Shown here: one piece after another, positions 22,723-36,720 of the stretch | Layout: every line of letters begins with the position of its first letter | Numbering within the stretch: position 1 is the first letter of the stretch | Source: Mobula hypostoma | Taxonomy: Eukaryota | Reading direction: 5' to 3' | Assembly: GCF_963921235.1 (NCBI RefSeq) | Contig: NC_086108.1 | Span: 100,318,001-100,382,000, forward strand | Length of the DNA: 64,000 bases | Notes under the pieces: generated by a model | The model's input: the letters and a program-made list of their open reading frames with translations, nothing else | Told to the model about the DNA's origin: nothing | The model's database searches: none | Made by a program: the position numbers and the translations under genes

Positions 22723-23736
22723 TATGATGCATGTAAAGGATAAAGATATGAATATGCTGTCTCAAGTGAGACCCAGTTGAACTGAAGGGAATTCAGCGCC
22801 TCAACCGAGGTGAGACTGTAGTCACCTCTGAACTTAATTCCGAGGCCTGCGATAGAATCACTCAAACACACTGTTAGCTATGTCTATTCGTGCAGAAGCT
22901 GACATCTGAGGACCCATTGAAAGGACAAGGCAGCAACTTACTTGCAAACAGCCAGCTGATACAAGGAATGGGGTAGAGAGGGATAATAAATCAGCTATGA
23001 TCGAATGGTGGAGCAGATTCAATGGGCTGAATGGCCTAATTCTGCTCTATGTCTTATGGCTTTGTAAGGCATTGGTCAGATCACATATGGAGTATTGTGA
23101 ACAGTTTTGGGCCCCATATCTAAAAAAGGATGAGTTGGCATTGGACAGACTCCAGAGGAGTTTTATGAGAATTATCCTGGGAATGAAAGAGTTAGTGCAT
23201 GAGGAGATCTTGATGGCCTACACTCCGGAAAGTTTAGAAGAATGATGGTGTATCTCTATAGGACTCTAAGAAATAGAAGCAGAATTAGGCCATTTAGCCC
23301 ATCGAGTCTGCTCCGTCATTCCATCATGGCTCATCTATTATCCCTTTCAATCCCATTCTCTTGCCTTCTCTCCGTAACCTTTCACGCCCTTACTAACCAA
23401 GAACCTATCAACCTCCACTTTAAAAATGCCCAATGGCTTGGCCTTCACAGATGTCTGCAGCACTGAATTCCATGGAATCACCTTCCTCTGGCAAAAGAAA
23501 TTCCTCCAATTCTCTGTTCTAAAGGGACAAATCTCTATTTTGAGGCAATGCCCTTTGGTTCTAGACTCTCCTAGCAATGGCAACATCCACTCCATGGATA
23601 TGGAACCACCTGACCTTCATAGTTGTTCTCCACAAGACTTGATTCCAACCATCAATTCCTTGCCCTCACCCTGCCCCTAACCCAATGAAAGCTAATGTCT
23701 TGTAGATTCAGGAATGGAAAAAATTAAGATTAAGTT

Positions 23737-24281
23737 ATAGAACCATAGAACCATAGAACAGTACAACACAGAAATAAGCCTTTTGGCCCTTCTTGGCTGT
23801 GCTGGACCATTTTTCTGCCTAGTCCCACTGACCTGCACCTGCACCATATCCTTTCATACACCTCTCTTCTATGTACCTGTCCAAGTTTTTCTTAAATGTT
23901 AAAAGTGAACCTGCATTTACCACTTCATCTGGTGCCTCATTCCACACTCCCACCACTCTCTGTGTGAAGAAGCCCCCCACCATGTTCCCTTTGAACTTTT
24001 CCCCCTTCACCTTTAACCCATGTCCTCTGGTTTTTTTCTCCCCTTGCCTCGGTGGAAAAAGCCTGCTTGCATTCACTCTATCTATACCCATCATAATTTT
24101 ATATACCTCTATCAAATCTCCCCTCATTCTTCTACGCTCCAGGGAATAAAGTCCTAACCTATTCAACCTTTCCCTGTAACTCAGTTTCTCAAGTCCTGGC
24201 AACATCCTTGTAAACCTTCTCTGCACTCTTTCAACCTTATTAATATCTTCCTGTAATTTGGTGACCAAAACTGCACACAAT
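23737..24281 (-). mobile_element. CR1 LINE 3' fragment
   Basis: 153-aa ORF ERVQRRFTRMLPGL...FFTQRVV; (ATAGAACC)n tail. Confidence 0.88.
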
Positions 24282-24940
24282 CTGGAAGCTCAGATGACAA
24301 CCTCAGCTCAGATTTTATTTTATATAAATAGATATACAGTTAACAGCTTGAGGTGGAGATTTACAACTTGAAAATGAAGGGGTGCAGCGGATTGATGTTT
24401 GGCAGCTGATACGAAATGAACAAGTAGAGTTGTGCTGGCATAACCACTCTACCAGGATCTTGCAAAACTTATCACATAACCTTTTGCTGAAATTCCACTC
24501 TTAAACAAAAGCTCAGTGAGGAAGAGGAAGGTTCATGTCCTGGCATGTTCATAATGGCAATCAGTCCAGTCACTGCTTTTTACGTAATTCATCATTCTTG
24601 GAAACCTGCATATAATGTAACAGACTATTGTGTAGGCACATATGCACCAAATTCCTTCCAAAGATGTGCATTGGTGTTGGTTACTATCCTGTCAAAGGGT
24701 GCCTTACAACCTCCAGAAAACACCTAACACCAGTTTCTTTCTCCGTCCTTTTGAAGTTGAGGGAACACACAACCAATCCTCATCAAGGAGTCAGCAGCGG
24801 AAAAGGTGAGCAGTTTCAAGTTCCTCGGTGTCAACAACTGAAGTTTTATTGTAGGTTCAACATACTGATGCAATTACAAAGCAGCTATGTTTCAGTAGGG
24901 GTCTGAGGAGATTTGGTATGTCCCTTCATGTTTAAGGGGA

Positions 24941-25478
24941 TTACTACTACTGCGTTGGCTCAGGCATAGGGGGCTGGCGTCAGGCACAATGACGGACTCT
25001 CCACTTCTCCCTCTCCCTCATCAGTGTGTTCAGTTCATCTACATTAGCCGCGCCGCTGTCTTCTAGGAGTGTGTTGACTATAGTCTTGGGAGGGCACCCA
25101 GGGTTCTTCCTCCCGTGCTTGGCTCCCATATGATGACTAGGCTGGCAGGTAGCTCGGGGTGGTGTAGACAGTGCCCCGCTAGTTGCAGTCTTCTTACCTC
25201 AATTTTAGTGGTGAGCATCGGTAGGTTGTTATAGAGCTCGACGTTCGTCATGTGCTGTTGCCAACTCACATCAAGAGCCATCTGGAGCATTCGTGTATAG
25301 CAACCATCTAGAGACTTTCGCATCGACTTGGTGAGTGTCCATGTCTCGCATCCGTACATGAGAATGGATTCTATGATTGCTATGAAAATCCTCCGTTTAA
25401 GCCCTCTGATCAGGTTTGACTTCCAGATTTCCTTCATGTCGTTCATAGCCCTCCACACCAGCACCTTCCGTATCTTTA
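24941..25478 (-). mobile_element. RTE-clade LINE 3' fragment
   Basis: ESILMYGCETWTLTK...RRLQLAGHC; (TAG)n tail; 10-bp TSD TTTAAGGGGA at 24931-24940 and 25479-25488. Confidence 0.85.
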
Positions 25479-25844
25479 TTTAAGGGGAACATGACTGAAA
25501 CTTCTTTGCTCAGAGGGTCATGAGAGTGTGGAAAGAACTGCTAGCGGAAGTGGTGCATGCAAGCTTGAATTCAATGTTTAAAAGAAGTTTAGATAGGTGC
25601 ATGGACAGGAGAGGTATGCACTGCTCTTGTCCAGGTGCTTGTCGATGGGACTATGCAGTTGAAATGGTTCGGCACGGCACAGATGAGATGGACCAAAGGG
25701 CCTGTTTCCATGCTGTAATTTTCTATGGCTCTATGACTCTACCAAGTTTCTACAGATGTACCGTGGAGAGCATTTTGACTGATTGCATCACCGTCTGGTA
25801 TGGCGGGGCTACTGCAAAGATTTGTAAAAGCTACAGAGGGTTGC

Positions 25845-25946
25845 AAAGCAACATACACAAAATGCTGGAGGAACTCAGCAGGTCAGGCAGCATGACAGGA
25901 AATGAATAAATCGTCAGCATTTTGGGCCGAGACCCTTCTTCAGGAC
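25845..25946 (-). mobile_element. Short Penelope-derived hammerhead module inserted in a Rex1-type fragment
   Basis: AAATGCTGGAGGAACTCAGCAGGTCAGGCAGCA...GGGCCGAGACCCTTCTTCAGGAC. Confidence 0.7.
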
Positions 25947-26634
25947 CGAGAGTTGGAAGCTCAGCTAGCTCCATCATGGGCACTAGCCTCCCCAGTATGA
26001 GGACACCTTTAAAAGGCGAAGCCTCAGAAATGCACAATCCATCACTGAGGACCCAGAACATGCCCTCTTCTCATTACGACCATCAGAGAGGAGGTTCAGC
26101 AGCCTGAAAAGACACATACAATGTTTTAGAAACAGCTTTTTCTACTCTTCCATCAGATTTCTGAACAGACAATGAACCAACTCATGAACTCTACCTCATC
26201 ATATTTTCTCTCTTTCTGCACTACTTACTTAATTTATACATATATTTATTATTGTAATTTATTGTATTTTTATGTCTTGATCTGTACTGCTGCTGCAAAA
26301 CATAGCATATGAATTCAGATTCTGATTCTGTTTCTGACGTATCTCAGCGCGAAATGTTGACTGTCAATTCCTCTCCATAGATGCTGCCTGACCTGCTGAG
26401 TTCCTCCAGCACTTTGTGTGTGCTCCTCTGGATTGCCAGCATCTGCAGAATCTCTTGTGTTTTTTTTTGCTATAGTCTGCTGAGAGTAACTGGGGTAAAA
26501 ATTTATCCTCTGCTTCTTGTAAGCTCTGGTGATTCCCCAAAATTTTCAATGGCAGGCCTGAAATCAATTCCCCAAATTTTGTTGTATCCTGACTGGTTGT
26601 GTTGTGCTGTGGAATGGCAATCTGAATAAAACTC

Positions 26635-27290
26635 AAAGTTCAAAGTAAATTTTATTACCAAAGTACATACATGTCACCATATACAACCATGAAATTCATT
26701 TACTTGAGTGACTACTCAACAAATCTATAGAATAATAATCATAACAGAATCAAAGACCACCCAACTAAGAGTGCAAAAGATAATAAACTGTGCAAATACA
26801 AATGAAGAAATAGTAATAATTAATAAATAAGCAATAAATATCGAGAACATGAGGTGAATAGTCCTTGACAGTGAGTCCATTGGTTGAGGGAACATTTCAA
26901 TGATGGGGCAAGTGAAGTTATCCCCTTTAGTTCAAGTGCCTGATGACTGAGGGGTAATAAATGTTCCTGAACACAGTGGTGTGAGTCCAGAGGCTCCTGT
27001 ACCTTCTTGCTGATGGCAGTAAGAAGAAAAGAGTAGGCGCTGGGTGTCTCTGATGATGGATGCTGATTTTGTGCAACAGGATTTCATGTAAATGTGTTCA
27101 ATTGTTAGGAGAGCTTTACCTGTAATGGGCCATATCCACTACATTCGTAGCATTTTCTGTACAAGACCATTGGTGCTTCCATACCGGGTTGTGATGCGGC
27201 CAGTCAATATACTTTTCACCACACATTTATAGAAGTTGGTAAAAGTTTTAGATGTCGTGCCAAATCTCCGCAAACTCCTAAAGAAGTAGA
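26635..27290 (-). mobile_element. Rex1/Babar-type LINE 3' fragment
   Basis: CAAAGTTCAAAGTAAAT tail, homologous to the tail of the RT-bearing copy at 38705-40175. Confidence 0.65.
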
Positions 27291-29980
27291 ACCATAAGCA
27301 TGAACTTAAGAAGGGGCAGAGGGTAGTGGCTCCTTCCTAAAACATCAGGGACACATCCCTCCCTACCATTGGGACCATCTACATAGAAGATAGAAGGTTA
27401 GCTCTATTTGCGAAATGTGCATCTAAACATGGACATATACAGTGAAATGCATCGTTTGTGCCAAATCAAATCAATGAGGATTGTCCAGTAGATAACCCAC
27501 GTGTCGCCACGCTTCCAATGCCAACATAACGTGCCCTCAACATACTAACCCGAACCCTAGCTTTACAGCTTCGATGTGGGAGGAAACCCACATGGTTACG
27601 GAGAGAACGTACAAACTCCTTACAGACAACGCAGGAACTGAACTCCAATCGGTGATCACTGGTGTTGCACTAACTGACACTCACCTACGCTACCCTCTTA
27701 TAAGTTGATGTCTCAAGAAGGCAGTATCCATCACCAAAGATCCCCCCATCCGGAGCGTACCATCTTTTCGTAGTTACCATCAGCCAGGGAGTATAGAAAC
27801 CAGAAGTTAAGCGCCACTAATCTCAAGAAAAGCTACTTCCCTTCAACCATTCAGTGCCTGAGCCAACCTGCACATCCCTGATCACTATCTCAGTATAGCA
27901 ACGCTATGACTACTCTGATATTCTGAGTTTTTTGCTGTTTTTTTTTGCCATTTCCAGAATTTTTTTTTGAACGGGTTTCATAGTTTGTTTTATTTCATGC
28001 TGTCCATGGGAATACATATCTCAGGGTTGCATGCTGCATAAATACTTCGATAATAAATGTACTTTGAAATTTGACCCCTTGACATCACAACAGATTTTTT
28101 TTTTCTAATTGTGTTTTTCTCTTGTATAATTTTTGTATCATTTATGATTTCCTTGTGAATATCGTGTTTCTGATGCTATGTGTGTGTGTGTGATGCTGAT
28201 GCAGGTTTTTCATGACACCAGGCGTACAGTAGATCGAATGAATAGCCAGAGACTTTTCCCCAGGGCGGAGGGGTCATAATTTTATGATGTTTGGAGGAAA
28301 GTATCGGGGGATGTCAGAGGTAAGTTTTTTTTACACAGAGAGTGGTGGGTCCTGGAACAGCTAGGGTTAATGTTAGAGGCAGCTACCTTACAAACGTTTA
28401 AGAAACTCTTAGGGACATGGATGACAGGAAAATGGAGGGAAGAGGCACAGTTTTTATTCGAGTAGATTACAAGGTCGACACAGCATCATGGGTTGAAGGG
28501 CCTGTACTATGCTTTAATATTCAAAGTTGTATAACCATTCAGTGCCTGAACCAACCTGTATAACCCTAAGTACTTCCCGAGTATAGCAACACTGTGATCA
28601 TCTTCACCACTTGGTACTGCAATAGACTTTGTGGGTATTTCTACTCATTTTCAAGATGGCACTAGTGACCAATGCACCCAAAGGCGACATCCTGCAGACA
28701 GTTCAGGAAACAATAACTTCTCCTTTTAAATATGCTTCTTTTCCGGAACTGCGATCAATGGCAGCCTGTAATTTCCATCTTGATGGTGTAATTTTGGGCC
28801 GACTGAGTGATCTGATGCTTCTGCTATCTCCTGGGGAAATCGGTGAGGTTGAGTGCGGAGTGTGCGGCCCTTGTTTTCTAATGGCGGAATGCAAAACCGT
28901 GGCTGGCTTCGTTACTCCTCGCCAATTAAAGCATCGAGCAAGATTGAAATCAACGAGAATGAGAGTGGAGGGCGAGCGGGTGTTCAGCGGAATCTGCCTG
29001 CATTTGTCCGTACTCTTCCTCGCTGCTGCCAGAGGGAATTGCAGCAGTCTTGGGTTCGATTGCCTCAGTGGTGCAGCTCATGGCTGTGGGACCCTTTATG
29101 GGGCGTATCTGTGTTTTGGCGTTTAATGTCCTCAGCACCGAAAAGTTCTGTGGACTCACTTTTGGAGGACTCTTTGGGTCATGTTCCATGTGTTTGGTTC
29201 ATCCTCCAGCCAAGATGGCACCAGCGAACAATGGTTCCTTGGGCGATATCTTCCAGATAGTCAATCTGTTCAGTGTTTCTATAGCTTCTACTTATTCTTA
29301 TTATCTTATTTTTGTTTTTGAAACTGTTGGAGCCTGCGACGTACAGTCTGTAGTTCCATCAAGTGAGCTAGCACTCTGCTGTCCCCGAGAAAACTCCAGG
29401 AGAGAAATGCGAGCACGAGTTATCACAAAGAGAAACTCAGAGACGAGTTGAGGGGCCATGATCAACTACATTTCTCACTGATTAAAGCATCGAAAAAGAT
29501 TGAAACATCGAGGCAAATGCGGAGGAGAGCATGCGGTTCTCCGAGAGGCTGCTGGATCGAGTTGAGTCGCTGCCCTCAGAGGGGCCACTGGGTCTTGATG
29601 CTCTTGGGGATATTACTGAAATTCTGAGATTTATGGACTGGACTGTAGTTCACATTGGCCTCTTTCAGTTCTATGTGTTTTTTCATGTTCTCGCCCACTC
29701 CTTCTTGTTGCTGATTGGCAGTTTGGGGGTTTGGGGTTTGATGTTCTAGTTGTTGTTTCTCCACGTGGGTGATCTGTTAGTTTTTGTGCAAGGGAGGAGT
29801 TGGGAGGTTTGGGGTTTGTGAGTTTTTGTTTCTTTTCCTTTTAGTGTGGGGGTGGGGGTGATATCTTTCTTTCAACTACTTCCATGATTTTCTATATTCT
29901 ATAGCTATCCGGAGAAGATAAATCTCAGAAATGTATTCTGCATCCATACTTTGATAATAAAGTGAACCTGTGAACCTTTT

Positions 29981-31330
29981 AGAAACAAACATAGAAAACC
30001 TACAACACAATACAGGCCCTTCGGCCTACAAAGCTGGGCCGAACATGTCCTTACCTTAGAAATTACCTTGGGTTACCCATAGCCATCTATTTTTCTAAGC
30101 TTCATGTACTAATCCAGGAGTCTCTTAAAAGACCCTATCGTATCTACCTCCACCACCATCACCGGCAGCCCATTCCACGCACTCACCACTCTTTGCGCAA
30201 AAAACTGACCCCTGACATCTCCTCTGTACCTACTTCCAAGCACCTTAAAACTATGCCCTCTCATGCTAGCCACTTCAGCCCTGGGAAAAAGTCTCTGACT
30301 ATCCACATGATCACTGCCTCATCACCTTGTACACCTCTGTCAGGTCACCACTCATCCTCTATCGCTCCAAGGAGAAAAGGCAGAGCTCACTCAACCTATT
30401 CTCATAAGACATGCTCTCCAATCCAGGCAACATCCTTGTAAATCTCCACTGCACCCTGTCTATGCCTTCCACATCCTTCCTGTAGTGAGATGACCAGAAA
30501 TGAGCACAGTACTTCAAGAGGGATCTGGCCAGGGTCCTATATAGCTGCAACATCACCTCTCAGCTTTTAAACTCAATCCCACGATTGATGAAGGCCAATG
30601 CACCATACGCCTTCTTAACCACAGAGTCAACCTGCGTAGCAGCTTTGAGTGTCCTATGGACTTGGACCTCAAGATCCCTCTGATTCTCCACACTGCCAAG
30701 AGTCTTATTCTGCTATCATATTTGACCTACCAAAATGAACCACCTCACACTTATCTGGGTTGAACTCCATCTGCCACTTCTCAGCCCAGTTCTGCATCCT
30801 ATCAATGTTCCGTTGTAGCCTCTGACAGCCCTCCACACTATCCACAACACCGCCAACCTTTGTGTCATCAGCAAATTTACTAACCCATCCCTCCACTTCC
30901 TCATCCAGGCCATTTATAAAAATCACGAAGAGCAGGGGTCCCAGAACAGATCCCTGAGGTACACCACTGGTCATCGACCTCCATGCAGAATATGACCCGT
31001 CTACAACCACTCTTTGCCTTCTGTGGGCAATCTAGTTCCGGATCCACAAAAGAATGTCCCCTTGGATCCCATGCCTCCTTACTTTCTCAATAAGCCTAGC
31101 ATGGGGTACTTTATCAAATGCCTTGCTGAAATCCATATACACTACATCTATGGCTCTACCTTCATCAATGTGTTTAGTCACATCCTCAAAAAAATTTGAT
31201 CAGGCTTGTAAGGCACGACCTGCCTTTGACAAAGCCATGCTGACTATTCCTAATCATGTTATGCCTCTCCAAATGTTCATAAATCCTGCCTCTCAGAATC
31301 TTCTCCATCAACTTACCAACCACTGAAGTA
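29981..31330 (-). mobile_element. CR1-clade LINE, degenerate, 5'-truncated
   Basis: SGVPQGSVLGPLLFVIFIN, KFADDTKV, WQMEFNPDKCEV and FFAQRVV fragments. Confidence 0.9.
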
Positions 31331-32834
31331 ATTAAGTTTTTGTTTCTGGTTACTCTTTTTTTGCTATTTGTTTGATTAGATCGAGGTGCTTTGTGCGGAA
31401 CTGGTTCTGTGTGTGTGGCCCGTGGTCATCGATGCAGTGCAAAACTGAACAGGCTCAGTGGCTGTCACACCTGGACTGTTTCTGGGGAATCTGTGGTTTG
31501 GTGTTTAATATCTTGTGTGTTAATTGCTTGCTTTTTGCTATTTGCGTGATTTGCTTTTTCTCGCGTGTTGGGTGTTTGATGTTCTCTTTTCACGGGATCC
31601 ACGGTGTTTCTTTGTTTTGTGGCTGCCTGCTGAAAAACAAGCCTCAGAATTGTATTCTGTGCACATGCTTTGATAATAAATGTACCTTTGAACCTTTAGT
31701 GCTGTTTTATTCTTGTATAATTTATGTTTTTCTTGTGAATGTTGTGTATCTGATGCTATGTGTCAGGATGCTGCTGTAAGCTTTTCATTGCATTAGTGTA
31801 CTTGTGCATATGACAATAAACTTGACTTTGACAAGAAATTGCCGATGCTGGGAGACGTAAGAACAGAAGATGCTGTCCTAGTATTTTGTGCTCAGTTACT
31901 GCAATAGATTACAAGGAACACGGAGAAAATAATTCAAGGATGTCCGCGAAGCCTTCATGAAAAGAACGCTCTTTCTCATACACAGGACCCATGAACACTC
32001 GAAATGGGGTAGTTGCATTGAGGAAGGCACTGAGTGCCTCGAGTCTGTATGGCAGGGGCACACAGAGGTCAACTGTAAGCAGATGAAAGGATACATAGCA
32101 TCCCCATCAACCCACCCTGGTATCCTGTTGTGCATCACCCATCACAAATGATCATAGCGTTTCTATACTGAGTAGGTTAAGATATTATTCCTGCAGCACA
32201 AGAGAATGAGGGGAGATTTGACAGAGGTATACAAAAGTTATGAGGGGTATAATAGGATAAATACAAGCAGACTTTTTCCATTGGGGTTGGGGGGAGACTA
32301 CAACTAGGGGTCATAGGTTAATGGTGAAAGGTGAAATGTTTAAGGGGAAACTGAGGGGAAACTTCTTCACTAAGAGGGTGATGAGAGTGTGGAATGAGCT
32401 GCCAGGAGAAATGGTGCATGCAGATTTGATTACAACATTTAAGAGAAGTTTGGATAGGTACCTGGATGGCAGAGGTGTGGAGGGCTGTGCTCCAGGTGTA
32501 GGTCGATGCGACTAAGCAAAACAATAGCTTGGCATAGACTAGATGGGCCAAAGGGCCTGTTCCCATGCTGTATGACTATGGCTCTAGTTGTCTCCCCAGC
32601 CATGTCTGAACTTACAGAACTAGAATGGGAGCAATTCAACCTCAGTCCAGGGGATACCCTTAGATAAGGGTGGCACAGCTCAGTAGTGGTTAGCAGAATG
32701 CTTTACAGCACTGGCTGTAGGATTGGGGTTCAATTCCTACCTCTGTCTCCCTGTGACTGCATGAGCTTCTTCCAGGTGCCCTTGTTTCCTCCCACATTCC
32801 ATAGACATATGGACAAGGATTAGTATGGCACAAA

Positions 32835-33135
32835 CACTAGAAAATCTGCAGATGCTGCCAATCCAAAGCAACGCACACTCAGCAGGTTAAGCAGCATCTA
32901 TGGAAAGGAGTAAATGTTCTGCAGAAGGTTCTTGGCTTGAAATGTCGATTGTTTGCTCCTTTCCATATTTGCCAGCTGAAGCATGGCGATACTTACAGCC
33001 TGCCTCTGAACATTCTCAATACAATTGGGCGCATTTCACTTTATCTTTTGATGTATGTACATCCCTATGTTGCCTGACTTGCTGAGTTCTTCCAGCATTT
33101 TGCACGTGCTGCCCAAGATCTGCAGAATCTCTTGT
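32835..33135. repeat. Decayed inverted dimer of the Penelope terminal module with an internal insertion
   Basis: Reverse-orientation module (ATCTGCAGATGCTG...GCAGCATCTATGGAAAGGAG) followed by a forward module (GAAATGTCGATTG...CTCCTTTCCATA; GCTGAGTTCTTCCAGCATTTTG). Confidence 0.55.
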
Positions 33136-36100
33136 GTCTGTTTTGGAATTAATAGTCAAAATCAAAGGATTAAGTGTCTGGTAGCCAGCAACAGATCAGC
33201 TAAAGAACTGAGGGTGAATTTCGTCCCACAGTAAGTGGTGAGAATGTGGGAACTGCCATACAGTTGAGCGGCTGAAATAGAAAACGTCGGCACACTTAGG
33301 GGAAACTTGATGCATGCAGGAAGAAGATATGGGATGGTGGCGTGAAGGTGAGAAGAGTAGGTCCGTGCTCAGTTGGAATCTAAGCATTGCCATTGGCCAA
33401 TTGGCTGCATATGACTTCTTCGCCGAATTCTGTGTAAAATCTTGTAATAAAACACTCTCACCTGAACAGCAGTTGCAAATGAATTAGGTATTGTTGAAAG
33501 GATCCAGGGTTTTGGCATTAGAAAGAAAAGATTTTTGATCTAAATATTGCTTTGCCTGCCAAATATGATACTTATTAAAGTGAAGCTGTCTTGACAGGCA
33601 GCTGGGTGTCCCATATCTTTAACACCCCATTTATTTGATGGCAAGTGTGTAGTTTGTCTCGTTTACTTAATAGCTCCTTTTAATTGCTTCCAGCCCCTCC
33701 TCTCCCTTCCCCACCCCCTGAAAGTATAGTATTCTCCTTTCATTAAAACAAAACAAAGGGCAAATTGTTAAAAGTTTTAAGTCTGGACGCTATTTGAAGT
33801 CCGGGAGGAATAAACCCACACTCCAGATGCACAGAGCACTGCAGTCAACAGCAAGGGCTCTCAAGCAGTTTGCAAGCTGGAGGTGACTGTAATTTTGCAG
33901 TTCAGTCTTGTTGTGGAGGATTCTTTTTTTAAACAGATTAATTGCATGTTGTGAGAAACAATCACACAACTTTTCTTGGATGGCAACGTCCACCTCATTA
34001 TTTGCCCTCATTGTCATCAAAATAAATTTCCTCCCTGAAAGGCAAATTATCTGGTTTCATATGAAATAAAAATCACAGAACAAGAGAGCATCTGTTTCCT
34101 CTATATTTTGTCTTCTCAGTCTCTTACATATAAATGAATCATAGTGTTCAAACTTGAATTAAGATCTGGAGCTAGATAAACAGTTAAACAGAGTTCCCAT
34201 GGTAACTTCTGACACATAGCTATGATTACATTATAATCCCATAGTAATCAAGCCTAAATGAAAGAAAGATGATAAGGTTGCAGTTTCCAATTTTCCATTC
34301 TGTCTTCTCTTTTTTTTTGCTTTCCAATCAGGTCACGACTATCACCCTGGTCATTACAGTGTGGCCAAAATATTATCTGCAAAGCAGCAGGCAAAGTTGG
34401 AGAAATTAATGTTCTGGGAGCTTTTTTCTTCCCACTCTCTCTCTAAGTGATGTATGTGTGAAAAGGACTTAAAAGATTACATTTCATAACTCAGATTAAT
34501 TTAATTTAGCCTTTAAATTAACCATGACATGCAAGAAAGAGAATTAAATAGACTACGAGAGTCAACTGGGGAAATATAGTGTGTTTTATGATTGTTGATA
34601 GGAATTAATACATTGCCTTCAGTTATATAACAAATTGAAGCTTCTGTTACATTAACATCACAAATTTCTACAGCGTAAAGGATCCCAAGCAGCACTCAAT
34701 CAAGAAAATCAAATATTAACAGGATGTTAATAAAGACAGATATAGAATGCATTACATCTTCAATTGGATCGTTCTTGGAGAATTTGTTTTAAATTGTATC
34801 TGTACCTCAGGACTGAACTTTCTTTCTTAAGAAAGTGTAAAAAGCAATCATTTGCAATATTAGGATGCTACCCTGGTACTAACTCAAGCAACGTACACTG
34901 CAGAACATTGTTTCTTTCCTTGTCATTACTTTGCACCTCTGTGCATCACCTCCTTCTGTGCCAATGTAAGCGAGGTGGCGTGATGCACTTAGAAGCACAG
35001 GTGTGCTTTTGCACAGCCAGTTTTCAGGTGCTAATTGCTGCTTGTTAGTAGCGTGAAAAAGACTGGGTTTAGAATTATGCCACAGGAACAGGCCAAAGTG
35101 GCCACTCGCAGATCGGGGTAATGGCCAATCAGAGGACCTGCCTGCCCTGATTGCCTGCCCTTCTTCTGAGGATAACTTCATGACTGGGTATCCCAGGAGA
35201 AGATGCAGGCAGTGTTTCCAGGAATGCCTGAGGCTTTCTGAGGTAGGTGGGCACCTCAGGGACAGGAGTCCGTCTTACATTGAGGGAAAAACATCTTTTC
35301 TACCTTTCCTAACTTGGTATAAAATTATTTTGGGGAAAAAAGTCGCAGGCTATTTGGCCTAATGATCAATACTGCATGCTATGCTCCATGTGAGGTTTAT
35401 TTCACTTATTACAGCTACTCATACATGAAAAGAGGAACACACAGATCAGGAACAAGAGTGGGTCACTCTGCCAATTAATGAGATCCTGATTGTCCTCAAC
35501 TTCACTCTCCTGTTTACCTATGACAAACCTGTCCCACCACCCTACTAAGCCAGGATCTATCTGCCTGTGTGGTGAAAATATTCAAACATATTTAGACCCT
35601 CCTTTGAGAAAGAGTGTTCCAAAGACGAGAGATATTAAAAAAATTCCTACGAGAGTTCATGCTCTCTTCTCACTGCTGCCATTGCGAAGGAGGGACAGGA
35701 GCCTTAGATCCCACACACACCACCAGGTTTAGGAACAGTCATCAGGTTCCTGAACCAGCATGGATAACTTCACCCACCTCAACAATGAGAAGATTCCACA
35801 ACCTATAGACTCACTTTCAAGGACTCTACAACTCATGTTCTCTGTATTATTTATTGACTATTTATTTTTTATTATTACTATTTGTTTCTATTTGTATTTG
35901 CACCATTTGTCGTCTTTTGCACATTGACTATTTGTCAGTCTTTGTGTGTAGTTTTTCATCGATTCTCTAGCACTTCTTTGCTCTACTGTGAATGCCTGCA
36001 AGAAAATAAATCTCAGGGCTGTAAATGGTGACATATGTACTTTGATAATAAATTTATTTTTGAAGCTTACGTGCAAAACACTGTGTTTTGCTGTTGCTAT

Positions 36101-36349
36101 GTTCTCTTGGCATCAGTGCTGATTTAATTTTGGAAAGTAGTATTAATCCAAATGGTTTCAGATGGTTTATACAAAAGAGAACATCAAATTGTACAGGACA
36201 GTGTGAGCCTACGGCCCTCAGTGTTGTTCTGACTTTTTAACCCATTCTACAATCAAGTTAACTCTTCCTTCCTACATAGCCCATAACTCTCCATTATTTT
36301 TCAACCATGTGGCAACTATGTTTCATTAATAAATCAGTTACCCTCCTTT

Positions 36350-36720
36350 CGTTTGTTTGTTCGTTATGGGCCGTGTCGAATGACGTAGGCGATCATGGTC
36401 TTTCCATGACCATGACAGTTCTTGGCAAATTTTTCTACAGAAGTGGTTTGCCATTGCCTTCTTCTGGGCAGTGTCTTTACATAACAGCATTATCGATACT
36501 CTTCAGAGATTGTCTGCCTGGTGTCAGTGGTCGCATAACCAGGACTTGTGACATGCACCATTTACTCACACGACCATCCATCACCTGCTGCCGTGGCTTC
36601 ATGTGACCCTGATCTGGGGGCTAAGCAGGAGCTACACCTTGCCCAAGGGTTTACTGCAGGCTAATAGAGGGATGGAGTGCCTTACACCTCCTTTGGTAGA
36701 GACGCATCTTCACCCCACCC
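36350..36720 (-). mobile_element. RTE-related SINE-like repeat
   Basis: CAGAAGTGGTTTGCCATTGCCTTC motif as in RTE/BovB-related SINEs; (TTTG/TTCG)n tail near 36350. Confidence 0.45.

Noticed and set aside
28629..29980. Cluster of overlapping 130-165-aa ORFs
   Set aside because: No recognisable domain; the region ends in the same ACTTTGATAATAAA...GAACCTT tail as other dispersed repeats (e.g. near 31670 and 43620), so it is probably an unclassified non-autonomous repeat.
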